From: an uncultured delta proteobacterium
GTDB taxonomy: Bacteria; Myxococcota_A; Polyangia; Palsa-1104
Assembly (NCBI GenBank): GCA_963785725.1
Contig: CAWAWS010000024.1
Span: 128,001-192,000 of the forward strand
Direction: 5' to 3'
Length of the DNA: 64,000 nt
The notes beneath the pieces were generated by a model, which did not search any database, was not told where the DNA came from, and worked only from the letters and a program-made list of their open reading frames with translations. The translations under genes were made by a program, and so were the position numbers. Below, piece by piece: positions 34,736-44,919 of the stretch (its first letter is position 1; each line of letters starts with the position of its first letter).

Positions 34736-34901
34736 CGACATTCGCGGACGACACGGCGCCGTTTGCCGCTCGCGTCGTCGATGCGGCGAGCGCGCCGTGC
34801 AGTTCCGCCGCGGCAGTCGGCGCGGCCGCCGGCGACGCGAGCGTTGGCGCTGCAGGGTCGGCGCGGCGAGCGCGCCCCATCACCTGCGGCCGCAGTAGCC
34901 G

Positions 34902-35351
34902 TTACAGCTGTTTGCTTAGGTGGACGGCGGTGCCCCAGTCGCGGACGGTCTCCTTCCACGACGTGTAGCCGAGCCCGCGATAGAGCGCGAGCGCGCCCCC
35001 GTTGTCGACGCCGGTGTAGAGCGTCAGCGTGCCGAAGCCGCGACCGCGCGCCTCGTTCTCGACGTGCTCGGTCAAGACGCGCCCGAGGCCGCGCCGCCGC
35101 TCGGAAGGCGCGACGACGAGGCTGGTGACACAGGCGCGGCTCCGGCCGTCGGCGATGTCGGGCTCGTCGTGGACGAGGACGAGCGCGACCATCCCGACGT
35201 CGACGCCGTCGCGCACGGCGATCCACAAGACGCGACGGCCGGCGGCGGCTTCGGCGAGCCAGGCGTCGACCAGATCGGCGTCCCAACCGGCGACCTGTCG
35301 TAGCGCGACCAAGCGTTGCCGATCGCGTTCGACGGCGAGCTCGACGCGCAT
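34902..35351 (-). CDS. GNAT acetyltransferase
   Basis: LVVAPSERRRGLGR and NGGALALYRGLGY; ATG overlaps the pilD stop. Confidence 0.85.
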   Translation of the reverse strand: MRVELAVERDRQRLVALRQVAGWDADLVDAWLAEAAAGRRVLWIAVRDGVDVGMVALVLVHDEPDIADGRSRACVTSLVVAPSERRRGLGRVLTEHVENEARGRGFGTLTLYTGVDNGGALALYRGLGYTSWKETVRDWGTAVHLSKQL

Positions 35352-36179
35352 CAAAAGAGCACGAGGGACAAAATCTCGCGGCCGAAGAACAAGTACACGA
35401 GCGCAGCGGCGGCGAGGAACGGACCGTACGGCACCTCGACACCGGCGACGCGACCGCGGCGGACGATGAGCGCCGGAACGACCACGCCGACACCGATGAC
35501 GGCGGCGCCGAAGTAGCTGAAGAAGACGGCCTTCCAGCCGAGCAGCGCGCCGACCATCATGAGCAGCTTGGCGTCGCCGTAGCCCATCGCTTCGCGGCCG
35601 AGCAGCCAATAGCCGAGCTCGGCGGTGAGGGCGACGCTGCCGTAGCCGGCGACCATGCCGATGACGGCGCTCGACGGGTGAATGTCGCGCAAGACGAGGG
35701 CGAAGACGAAGAATACGGGAACGGCCGGGTAGGTGATGCTGTCGGGAATGATCTTGTGGTCGAGATCGATTCCAGAGATGACGATCATCGAGCCCGTGAA
35801 CGTGAAATAGACGAGGAAATGCGCGACGCGCGAGACGACGTCGCCTTGGCCGTCGATGACGAAGCGCCAATAGACGGCCAGCGCCAAGAGCAGCGTCAAG
35901 AGCTCGACGAGGGGATAGCGAATGGAGATCGGCAGCGCGCAGTGGCGACATTTTCCGCCGAGGATGAGCCAGCCGAAGATGGGGATGTTGTCGCGCGGCG
36001 GCGATGCCGTGGCCACAGCGCGGGCAGTGCGACGGCGGATGGACGACCGATTCGTACAGCCCGAGACGATGGATGGCGACGTTGAAGAAGCTGCCCCATA
36101 ACGCGCCGGTGAGGCCGGCCACCAGCCAACCCCAAGGCGGCAGCACGAGAAGCGCCAGCGGTCCGTCGACGTCAGGCAT
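35351..36179 (-). CDS. pilD: Prepilin peptidase (apparent frameshift near 35998)
   Basis: GSFFNV, SHCPRC, DNIPI, KCRHC, RYPLVE, IDLDH, MGYGDAKL, PYGPFLA across two frames. Confidence 0.88.
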
Positions 36180-36218
36180 CGCGAGCGAGCATAGCAAACC
36201 GTGCTAGCGTTAGCCCGA

Positions 36219-37050
36219 ATGCGTCGTCTGCTTCCGTTCGTGCTCGTCGTCGGCTGTCATTCGTCGGGCCAAGAGAACCTCGGTTTGTCGGGCCAAACGA
36301 CGACGGTCGACGTGGCCAAGCTGGCGCAGCCGGACGAGCTGGTGCGCGCGCTGTCGCTGTCGGGCAATGACTTGGACGCGCGCTTGGGCGCGCACAAGAT
36401 GGACGCGTCGTCGACGTTGAAGCTGGAGTCGGCGGCGCACGAGTCGCAGGCGCTCGACGAGACCTTCGCCGTCGAGGCCAATGGCGCGGGCGACGTCCAT
36501 CTGCTGCATGACAACTCGCGCGGCAACGGCTTCGAGGCGCTGGCGACGGGCGGTCAGCTGTACGTCAAGCCGCGTTACGGCCGTTTCGTGCATCGGCGCA
36601 TCGAGGGTGACGAGCTGTCGCGGCTGCGGGTCGCGGCCGAGACTCCGGCGGCGGCGTACGTGCGGCTCTTGTCGCCGTGGCTGCAAATTCACGAGGCGGG
36701 CGCGGTGTCGGTGGCCGGTCACGCGGGCCTCAAGCTGAAGCTGAGCGCGCGGACGTCCCCGTCGTCGACGCCGACCGAGACCGAGCCGGGCAAGCAGTGG
36801 CGCAAGACACTGCAGGTGCGCTTCGTCGACGGCGATATCGTGCTCGATGCCAAGACGGGCGCGCCGCTGCAAGTGCGGCTCGACGCGGCATACGGCTTTA
36901 TGCGCGACGGTAACCGATGCAGGCGACGCTGTCGTTCAAGCAGGCGACGACGTCGGCGACGTCGGCGATTTCGCCGCCGGCCGACTTCGCCGAGCTCGGG
37001 CGGGCGCGGCCCATCCTCGACAAGCAGCAGCTGCTCGAGGCCTCAAGTGA
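36219..37050 (+). CDS. Hypothetical lipoprotein (apparent frameshifts near 36913 and 37040)
   Basis: Lipobox VVGC; protein-like reading continues as MQATLSF...LLE then GLK-TGA(37050) after single-base shifts. Confidence 0.6.
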
Positions 37051-37316
37051 CGACCGCCGGATTATCGGGCGTCAGAGCGGTGCGCTCGCGCAAGGCGCGA
37101 GTGACCGCCGCCGCATTGTCTGCCGCCTGCGCTGCTCGCACCGGCAACGTTCGAGTAACCGCCATCGTTTCGTCGACCGTAAGCGCTGCTGGCACTCGCA
37201 ATGCTCGCGTAACCACTGCCGGTTCGTCAGCCGTCAACGCTGCTCGCGCGTGCGACGCTCGCGTGACTGCCGCCGGTTCGTCCGCCGCTAAACTGCGCTC
37301 GCGCGAAGGGCTCACG
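37047..37316 (+). repeat. Five degenerate 54-bp tandem repeats
   Basis: Units start at 37047, 37101, 37155, 37209 and 37263, each beginning GTRAC; they translate as 18-aa units VTxxxxSxxxAxxxxxxR. Confidence 0.85.
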
Positions 37317-37966
37317 TGAACGAAGCGACACGACATCTCGGCGCCCACCGCACGCTGATTCTCGGCCGCGCGCTGCTCGCCGGCGCCGCCGGATTGGTGC
37401 CGGTTCCGTATCTCGACGATTTGCTGGCCGGCGGCGTGCGCTCGCAGCTGCTGCGCAGGCTGGCCGAGCTCAACCACGTCGACCTCGACGGCAACGCCGT
37501 GGCCGCGCTGGCGACCCCGACGCCGTCGCATCTGCTCGGCGCGGCCGGCCTCGGCGCCGCCGCGCTCGGTGGCGCCAAGCGCGTCTGGCGGCATGTCGCG
37601 GCGTCGATCCTGGTCGTCCGCCGCGCCGACGAAGCGATCGAGACCTTCCAGATTGGTACGCTCTTCGATCACTACTGCACGCGTCATCATGTCGGCCTCG
37701 GCGTCGACGGCGCCAAAGGGCTGAAGCTGCGCACGACCATGGAGCAGGCGATTCGCCATGCGCGCGGGCAGGCGTTCGAAGCCAACTTCCGCCGCGCCAT
37801 CGAGTCGACGCGCAAGCTGGCCGCGCGCTTCCGTCGCCGCGCCATCGACGAGCAGATCGAGGCCGAGCTGGCCGGTCCGGCGTCGGCGTACGTCGCGGCG
37901 CTCTTGGGCGCGTTCGACGTGGCGTGGGCGCCGCACAAGCAGGCGCAGCTCGAAGGCCACAAGTGA
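37316..37966 (+). CDS. Hypothetical protein
   Basis: 216-aa ORF with LVPVPYLDD motif, GTGA-coupled to proB. Confidence 0.7.
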   Translation: MNEATRHLGAHRTLILGRALLAGAAGLVPVPYLDDLLAGGVRSQLLRRLAELNHVDLDGNAVAALATPTPSHLLGAAGLGAAALGGAKRVWRHVAASILVVRRADEAIETFQIGTLFDHYCTRHHVGLGVDGAKGLKLRTTMEQAIRHARGQAFEANFRRAIESTRKLAARFRRRAIDEQIEAELAGPASAYVAALLGAFDVAWAPHKQAQLEGHK

Positions 37967-39070
37967 AGCAGCGCTCCGATTTGCGCGCCGTCGAGCGCGT
38001 CGTCATCAAGATCGGCTCGCGCCTGCTCGCCGAGGACATCGAGGCCCGCGTCACGTCGCTCGCCGGCGAAGCCAAGCTCTTGCGCGACCGCGGCATCGAC
38101 GTCGTCATCGTCACCTCGGGCGCCATCGCGCTCGGCTGGCGACGCCTCGGCTACCCCGAAAAGCCGCGCACGATTCCGGCGCTGCAAGCCTCCGCCGCCG
38201 TCGGACAGGGCCATCTCATCCACGCCTGGCAGCGCGCGCTCGCGGCCCACGGCCTCGCCGCCGGCCAGCTGCTCCTGACCCACGACGACGTGCGCAACCG
38301 CCGCCGCTATCTCAACGCGCGCCTGGCCTTCGCCGAGCTCTTGCGCGCCGGCGCCATGCCCGTCGTCAACGAGAACGACACCGTCAGCGTCGACGAGATC
38401 AAATTCGGCGACAACGATCGCCTGGCCGCCTTGTGCACGTCGCTCGTCGAAGCCGACGCGCTCGTCATCCTCACCGACGTCGACGGCCTCTACGACGGCG
38501 ATCCGGCCAGCGGCGCCCGCCTCATCCCCGAAGTGCGCGACATCGACAAGGAAGCCGTCGCCGTCGCCGGCGGCTCGGTCGGCGGCTTCGGCACCGGCGG
38601 CATGGCCTCGAAAGTCCAGGCCGCCAAGATCGCCGGCCGCTTCGGCGTCGTCACCGTCGTCGCCAGCGGCCGTCGCGAGCGCCCAGTCTCCAGCATTCTC
38701 GACGGCGAAGCGAGCGGCACCGTCTTTTGGCCCAGCGTCTCGCGCCTGCAAAGTCGTAAACATTGGATCGCCTACGCCCTCAAGCCCGCCGGCACGCTCG
38801 TCGTCGACGGCGGCGCCCGGCGCGCGCTCGTCGACGGCAAGAAGTCGCTCCTGCCGTCCGGCGTCCGCCGCGTCGACGGCAAGTTCGGCGCCGGCGATCC
38901 GGTGCGCGTCATCGACGAAACCGGCGCCGAGTTCGCCCGCGGCCTGTGCGCCTTCGACGCCGACGAGGTCGAGCGTATCGCCGGTAAACGTTCATCCGAG
39001 ATCGCCGCGTTGCTCGGATACGCCGTCCGTCGAGGAAGTCATCCACCGCGACGATCTCGTGCTGCTATGA
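37963..39070 (+). CDS. proB: Glutamate 5-kinase (apparent frameshift near 39025)
   Basis: VIKIGS, VTSGAI, VNENDTV, FGDNDRLAA, GTGGMASK, PUA domain; tail [13 protein letters not shown] is in the shifted frame. Confidence 0.92.
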
Positions 39071-40331
39071 TTCCCGACGTGAGCCGCTCCGAAGTCGACA
39101 TCGCGCAGATCGCCCGCGACGCCCGCAGCGCCGGCCGCGCCGTCGCCAAGGCGGGCGAGCGAGCGCCGCACCGCCGCGCTCATCGCCATCGCCGACGCCA
39201 TCGATCGCCGCCGCGCCGAGATCCTCGCCGGCAACGCGGAAGACGTCGCCATCGCCGCCAGCTTGCCCAAGGCCATGCAGGATCGCCTGCGCCTCGACGA
39301 CAAGCGACTCGACGTCATCGCCGCCGCCGTCCGCGAGGTGGCCGCGCTCCCCGATCCAGTCGGTCAGACCGTGAAGTCGTGGACGCGACCCAACGGCTTG
39401 CAGATCGCCCGCCGCCGCATCCCGCTCGGCGTCATCGCAATCATCTACGAGTCGCGCCCCAACGTCACCACCGACGCCGCCGCGCTGTGCCTGCGGGCCG
39501 GCAACGCCGTCATCCTGCGCGGCGGCTCCGAAGCGATCCACTCCAACCGCGCCTTGGCCGCCGCCGTTTCCGACGGCCTCGCCGCGGTCGGCCTGCCCGA
39601 AAAAGCGGTGCAGCTCATTCCCGACCACCGATCGCGCGGCGATGGCCGAATTGCTGACGCGTGACGAGGAGATAGACCTCGTCATCCCGCGCGGCGGCGA
39701 GTCGCTCATCCGCTTCGTCGCCGAGCACTCGCGCATCCCGGTCATCAAGCATTACCGCGGCAATTGTCACGTTTTTGTCGAGCGCAGCGCCGATCCCGGC
39801 ATGGCGCTCGAAATCTGCTACAATTCGAAGGTGCAGCGACCCGGCGTATGCAACGCCGCGGAGACGATCCTGGTAGACGAAGCGATCGCGGCCTCTTTTC
39901 TCCCGCAGCTCGCGCAACGCCTCGGCGCCGCCGGGGTCGAGCTTCGCGGTGACGACCGAGCCCGGGCTGTCGTCCCGGCCTGGAAAGCTGCCGATGATAA
40001 TGATTTCGCAGCCGAATTCCTCGATCTCGTGTGCGCGGTCGGCGTCGTCGACGGCGTCTCCGGCGCGGTTCGGCACATCGAGCGCTGGAGCTCGTCGCAC
40101 ACCGAGTCGATCGTCACCCGCGACGATAACGCCGCCCAGCGCTTCATTAACGAGATCGACTCGAGCTGCGTCATGGTAAATGCATCCACCCGCTTTGCCG
40201 ATGGCGGCGAGCTCGGGCTGGGCGCCGAAATCGGAATCTCCACGACAAGGTTGCATGCCTACGGGCCAATGGGCGCCGAGGAGTTGACGACCACCAAATT
40301 CGTGGTCATTGGAGAGGGACACACTCGCTAG
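39067..40331 (+). CDS. proA: Gamma-glutamyl phosphate reductase (apparent frameshifts near 39166 and 39622)
   Basis: [51 protein letters not shown] over three frames. Confidence 0.9.
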
Positions 40332-40346
40332 GAGGCGAAGACGGAA

Positions 40347-40736
40347 TTGAGAAGCAGAGAATTGGCGATGGCGGCGATGGAGGCAGCGCTCGACAAGAAG
40401 GCGCTCGAGCCGGTGCTCCTCGACGTAAGCGAGCAGTCCACCTACACCGATTTCATCTTGGTGCTGTCGGGACGTAGCGACCGCCACGTGCAGGCGGTGG
40501 CCGACGCGGTTGCGATGACGCTCAAGCAGGACCAAGGGCTGATCCCATTCGGCGTCGAAGGCAACAAAGACGGCCAGTGGGCGCTGCTCGACTTCGGAGA
40601 CCTGGTCGTTCACGTGTTCTACCACCCGATGCGCGAGTTCTACGACCTCGAGGGTCTGTGGATTGATGCGCCGCGGGTTCCCGTCGACATTCCGCCCGAT
40701 TCCCGGGTCGCCGTCGACGAAATGTACGGCACGTAG
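40347..40736 (+). CDS. rsfS: Ribosome silencing factor
   Basis: LDKKA, WALLDFGDLVVHVF, REFYDLEGLW; TTG start after AGGAGG. Confidence 0.92.
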   Translation: MRSRELAMAAMEAALDKKALEPVLLDVSEQSTYTDFILVLSGRSDRHVQAVADAVAMTLKQDQGLIPFGVEGNKDGQWALLDFGDLVVHVFYHPMREFYDLEGLWIDAPRVPVDIPPDSRVAVDEMYGT

Positions 40737-40742
40737 GCCGCT

Positions 40743-41168
40743 CTGAAGCTCAGCATCGTTGCCGTCGGCAAGCTCAAGGACGCCTGGGTGCAGGCGGGCT
40801 GCGACGAGTATGCCCGCCGCCTGCGCGGTAAATTCCCCCTCGAAATCATCGAAGCCAAAGACGACGCCGATTTGACGCGCCGCCTGCCGCCGCGTTTCAA
40901 GCGTTGGGCGCTCGACGAGCACGGCAAAGAGCTCACCTCCGACGAGCTGGCGCAAACGCTCTCCAAAATCATGAACAGCGGCGAGCATGGTGTCTCCTTC
41001 GTGATCGGCGGCGCCGACGGATTGCCGCGCGAGCTCGTGCGCGGCTCCGACTTCACGTGGTCACTCGGCAAGCTGACGTTGCCTCATCGTCTCGCTCGCC
41101 TTATTGTCGTCGAACAGCTCTACCGCGCCATCTCCATCATCCGCGGCGAGCCCTACCATCGCCCATGA
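40743..41168 (+). CDS. rlmH: 23S rRNA pseudouridine-1915 methyltransferase
   Basis: (M)KLSIVAVGKLK, ALDEHG, FVIGGADG, LTLPH, EQLYRA, PYHR; the position matching the usual start is CTG 40743. Confidence 0.9.
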   Translation: MKLSIVAVGKLKDAWVQAGCDEYARRLRGKFPLEIIEAKDDADLTRRLPPRFKRWALDEHGKELTSDELAQTLSKIMNSGEHGVSFVIGGADGLPRELVRGSDFTWSLGKLTLPHRLARLIVVEQLYRAISIIRGEPYHRP

Positions 41169-42700
41169 CAAAGCCCATCAAACGTACGGTATTGGTCGTT
41201 CTCGACGGATTCGGCGAGCGCCCCGATCGCAACGGCAACGCCATCCGTCTCGCCGAAACCCCCAGCTTCGACCGGCTCTATCGCGAATATCCGCACACGC
41301 TCGTCAACACGTCGGGGCTCGCGGTCGGATTGCCCGAAGGTCAAATGGGCAACAGCGAAGTCGGCCATATGAACATGGGCTCGGGCCGCATCGTTTATCA
41401 AGAGCTCACCCGCATCAACAAGTCGATCAGCGACGGTGACTTCTTCGAGAACGCCGCGTTGGTGGCCGCCATCGACGGCGCCAAAGCGCGCGGCAAAGCG
41501 CTGCACCTCCTTGGCCTGACGAGCCCGGGCGGCGTCCACTCGTCGCTCGAGCACGCCTACGCCATCCTCGAGCTGTGCAAACGCCGCGGTCTCGACAGAG
41601 TCTACTGGCACGCCTTCACCGACGGCCGCGATACGCCCCCCAAGTCCGCCGCCGCGACACTGCGCGAGATTCAAACGAAGATCGCCGCGATCGGCGTCGG
41701 CAGGATCGCCACCGTCGTCGGCCGCTACTTCGCCATGGATCGCGACAACCGCTGGGATCGCGTCGAGAAAGCCTATCGCCTCTTGACCGCCGGCGAAGGC
41801 GAGCGCGCGACCGATCCCGTCGCCGCCGTCGAGAGCCGCTATGCCGCCGGCGAAAACGACGAGTTCATCAAGCCCATCGTCATCGACGAAAAGGGCCTCT
41901 TGTCCGACGGTGACTCGGTCGTCTTCTTCAACTTCCGCGCCGATCGTGCCCGCGAGATTTCGCGCGCGCTCAACTTCGACGACTTCGACGGCTTCAAGCG
42001 CGACGTTCGCGTCAAGCTCGGCAGCTACGTCTGCATGTGCCAGTACGATGCGTCTTTCGGGCTGCCGATCGCGTTCCCGCCGCAGTCGCTGAAGATGATC
42101 CTCGGCGAATATTTGGCGCAGCTCGGCCTCGCGCAGTTCCGCACCGCCGAGACGGAGAAGTACGCGCACGTCACCTTCTTCTTCAACGGCGGCCGCGAAG
42201 AAGCCTTCGCCGGCGAAGAGCGCCGCCTCGTGCAGTCGCCCAAAGACGTGGCGACCTACGATCTGAAGCCGGAGATGAGCGCCGCCGACGTCGCCGCCGG
42301 AGTCTGCCAGGCGATCGAGAGCGAGAAATACGCGTTCATGCTGGTCAACTTCGCCAACCCGGACATGGTCGGTCACACCGGCGTCTTGCCCGCCGCCATC
42401 AGCGCGGTCGATACGATCGATCAATGCATCGGCCGCGTCATTAATAGCGCCGAGGCGCACGACACCGCGGTCGTCATCACCGCCGATCATGGCAACTGCG
42501 AGACCATGCTCGACGAGAACGGCCATCCGCATACGGCGCACACGACGAACCCAGTGCCGTTCATCGTCTGCGACGCGGGCCAACGAGGCCACGCGCTGCT
42601 CGATGGCGGACGCTTGTGCGACGTCGCGCCGACGGTGCTGTCGCTCATGGGCTTGCCGCAGCCGAAAGAGATGGAAGGTCACTCGCTCCTCGCACGCTGA
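41165..42700 (+). CDS. gpmI: 2,3-bisphosphoglycerate-independent phosphoglycerate mutase
   Basis: LDGFG, MGNSEVGH, DGRD, FNFRADR, AETEKYAHVT, NPDMVGH, TADHGN. Confidence 0.96.
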   Translation: MTKPIKRTVLVVLDGFGERPDRNGNAIRLAETPSFDRLYREYPHTLVNTSGLAVGLPEGQMGNSEVGHMNMGSGRIVYQELTRINKSISDGDFFENAALVAAIDGAKARGKALHLLGLTSPGGVHSSLEHAYAILELCKRRGLDRVYWHAFTDGRDTPPKSAAATLREIQTKIAAIGVGRIATVVGRYFAMDRDNRWDRVEKAYRLLTAGEGERATDPVAAVESRYAAGENDEFIKPIVIDEKGLLSDGDSVVFFNFRADRAREISRALNFDDFDGFKRDVRVKLGSYVCMCQYDASFGLPIAFPPQSLKMILGEYLAQLGLAQFRTAETEKYAHVTFFFNGGREEAFAGEERRLVQSPKDVATYDLKPEMSAADVAAGVCQAIESEKYAFMLVNFANPDMVGHTGVLPAAISAVDTIDQCIGRVINSAEAHDTAVVITADHGNCETMLDENGHPHTAHTTNPVPFIVCDAGQRGHALLDGGRLCDVAPTVLSLMGLPQPKEMEGHSLLAR

Positions 42701-42810
42701 ATTTCTCGGTGCAGTGATACGAGCCAGCGCCGAAAGTCTTGCAGACTTTCTTCGGAATTTTTTCTTTCGCCGACCACGCAACTTTTTAGAAGCGCCGCCG
42801 ATGATTGTTC

Positions 42811-43623
42811 ATGTTGCGAACACTCACGCTCGGCGCCCGGCTCGTGCGCGCGGCGCTCGCGCTCGTCTATCCCAGCCGCTGCACCGCGTGCGATGCGCTC
42901 GTCGCGGCTGACGACGCCGCCTTCTGCGACGCGTGCGCGCTGTCGCTGGTGCCGATTGCGCGCGCCTGCCCGCACTGTGCCCGACCGCTGCCGGCCGCGC
43001 TGGCGCCGCCGCCTCCTTGTATAGGCTGTCTACAACGACGGCCGCTCTATGACGGCGCGCGGGCGACGTTCGAGTTCGGCGGTGCGGTCGCGCAGGCGAT
43101 TCGCCGCCTCAAGTGGTCGCAGCTGCCGGAGCTGGCGGCGCCGCTCGGTCGGCTACTCGAAGAGACGTGGGCCCGCGCGCCGCCGGTCTATCGCGCGATC
43201 GATCTGATCGTGCCGGTGCCGCTGCATCCGAAACGCTTGCGCGAGCGCGAGTTCAATCAGGCGGCGGTGCTGGCGCAGGCGATGAAAGCCGCGGCCAAAG
43301 CGCGGGCCGAGGACGATTTGGCGCGCGTCGATCCGTTCGTACGCGGCCAGGACGCGGCGCGGGCGAAGATTCGGGTCGACACCCGAGCGCTGACGCGCGT
43401 GCGCAACACGCCGCCGCAGACCGGGCTCGGCATCGATCAGCGACGGCGAAACGTCGTCGGCGCGTTCGTCGTGCGCGACCCGCGCCGCGTGCGCGATCGT
43501 CGGGTGTTGCTCGTCGACGACGTGCTCACGACGGGCGCGACCGCCGATGCGTGTGCGTCGGCGCTCTACAAAGCGGGCGCGACGTCGGTGCTCGTCTTGA
43601 CTCTTGGAAGAGCGGTGACATGA
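42811..43623 (+). CDS. comF: ComF-family phosphoribosyltransferase-like protein
   Basis: Four CxxC pairs, VPVPLH, FNQA, LLVDDVLTTGAT. Confidence 0.88.
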   Translation: MLRTLTLGARLVRAALALVYPSRCTACDALVAADDAAFCDACALSLVPIARACPHCARPLPAALAPPPPCIGCLQRRPLYDGARATFEFGGAVAQAIRRLKWSQLPELAAPLGRLLEETWARAPPVYRAIDLIVPVPLHPKRLREREFNQAAVLAQAMKAAAKARAEDDLARVDPFVRGQDAARAKIRVDTRALTRVRNTPPQTGLGIDQRRRNVVGAFVVRDPRRVRDRRVLLVDDVLTTGATADACASALYKAGATSVLVLTLGRAVT

Positions 43624-43635
43624 TGGCGCGCTCCA

Positions 43636-44112
43636 ATGGCTGCCGACGCGAAAAAGACGGAGGACAAGAAGGTCCTCTTGCGCAACAAGCGCGCGCGTCA
43701 CGACTACTTCGTCGAATGGAGTGTCGAGGCGGGCGTGGTGCTGCAGGGCTCGGAAGTGAAGTCGCTGCGCGAGGCGAAAGCGACGATGAGCGACGCCTAC
43801 GCGATGGTGCGTCATGGCGAGGCGTGGCTCGTGAATCTGCAGATCAACGAGTACGCCTGGGCGAATTACTTCAATCATGCGCCCAAGCGCGACCGCAAGC
43901 TGCTCTTGCATCGCAAAGAGATCGAGAAGCTCGACGAAGCGTCGATGCGCGAGGGCTATACGTTGCTGCCGCTCGAGGTCTATTTGCGCGGTGGACGCAT
44001 CAAGGTCGAGATCGGCGTCTGCAAAGGCAAGAAGCAGCACGACAAGCGCGAAGATCAGAAGCGCAAGGACGCTCAGCGCGAGGTCGCGGCGGCCATGCGC
44101 AGTCGTCGCTGA
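43636..44112 (+). CDS. smpB: SsrA-binding protein
   Basis: NKRARHDY, EAGVVLQGSEVKSLR, RKLLLH, GKKQHDKR. Confidence 0.96.
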   Translation: MAADAKKTEDKKVLLRNKRARHDYFVEWSVEAGVVLQGSEVKSLREAKATMSDAYAMVRHGEAWLVNLQINEYAWANYFNHAPKRDRKLLLHRKEIEKLDEASMREGYTLLPLEVYLRGGRIKVEIGVCKGKKQHDKREDQKRKDAQREVAAAMRSRR

Positions 44113-44183
44113 CGCAGGCTGCCGTCGCCGATCGCCTCACGGCCGTAAATGTTCGCGCGCTGGCCGAGCGGACATGGCGCGCT

Positions 44184-44837
44184 CTACGCCTGATGTTTGG
44201 CCGGCTTTTCGAGGCTGCGTCGCAAGCTGCGCACGAAGGCTTCGCCCTTGCGGCGAATCGATTGAGCGGCGCCGAGCAGTTGCAGCGGCAGCGCCAGCAA
44301 GCGGCCGAACCGCGGGATGAGGTGGGAGCCGAGCCGCGTCTGCGCCGGCAGCGGCGCGGTCAGCGGCATCGGCGCCAGCGTCTGCAGCGGCACGTCGAAG
44401 CGTGGACGGCCGTTTTGCAGCTGCGCCAGCGTCGACGTCATCTCTTGACCGAGCGCCTCGAGCTGGTCGTCGTTCATGAGCCGGCGAACCTTGGGAAACA
44501 GCTCCGTACGCTCCTCGTGCACGTGCTCATCAACCTCCGCTTGAAGCCCGCGCAGCTTGTCGCGAAAGCCGTCGCCGGCGACGGGCGCAACCAGGCACGC
44601 GGCCAGCTTCCGCTTGATGCCGAGGTGCTCCGCCAGCGAGCGCCGCAAGATCTTCTCGGTGTCGGCTTCATTGACCGCGGGATAGAAGTGCAGCTCCTCG
44701 ATGCTGGCGTGAATCGCCAGCAAATCGGCCACATCATTAAAGAGCGGTTGACGGTCGGCGCCCTTGGCCTGCTGCAGACGCTCGAAGAGCGTGTCGATGT
44801 CGCGGTGCTGCGTCTCGAGCAGATCGATGGCATTCAT
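44184..44837 (-). CDS. Hemerythrin/HHE-domain protein
   Basis: LLETQH, HASIEELHFYP, EH, EHVHEE; GAGGAGG RBS. Confidence 0.85.
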   Translation of the reverse strand: MNAIDLLETQHRDIDTLFERLQQAKGADRQPLFNDVADLLAIHASIEELHFYPAVNEADTEKILRRSLAEHLGIKRKLAACLVAPVAGDGFRDKLRGLQAEVDEHVHEERTELFPKVRRLMNDDQLEALGQEMTSTLAQLQNGRPRFDVPLQTLAPMPLTAPLPAQTRLGSHLIPRFGRLLALPLQLLGAAQSIRRKGEAFVRSLRRSLEKPAKHQA

Positions 44838-44865
44838 CGGCTGAAATCCTCCTCGGTTGACAGTC

Positions 44866-44881
44866 TGCAATCGCTGGACCG
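44866..44881 (-). promoter_or_regulatory. Putative sigma54 promoter for the hemerythrin gene
   Basis: Minus strand CGGTCCAGCGATTGCA, GG-N10-GC spacing. Confidence 0.5.
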
Positions 44882-44890
44882 GATCGAACG

Positions 44891-44906
44891 AGGCGCGAAT
44901 GTTGCT
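44891..44906 (+). promoter_or_regulatory. Putative sigma54 promoter for the 44920 gene
   Basis: AGGCGCGAATGTTGCT, GG-N10-GC spacing. Confidence 0.55.
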
Positions 44907-44919
44907 ACCGATCGAGCTC

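Noticed and set aside
34777..34876. Roughly 40-bp degenerate repeat (GTCGRYGCGGCGAGCGCGCC) between convergent genes
   Set aside because: Irregular period (39 and 41 bp) and a weak middle unit in very GC-rich DNA; not enough support
37047..37316. 54-bp array as a CRISPR array
   Set aside because: No invariant repeat alternating with unique spacers, divergence is spread over each unit, and no cas genes are present
44112..44184. tmRNA (ssrA) next to smpB
   Set aside because: The gap is only about 70 bp and lacks tmRNA termini
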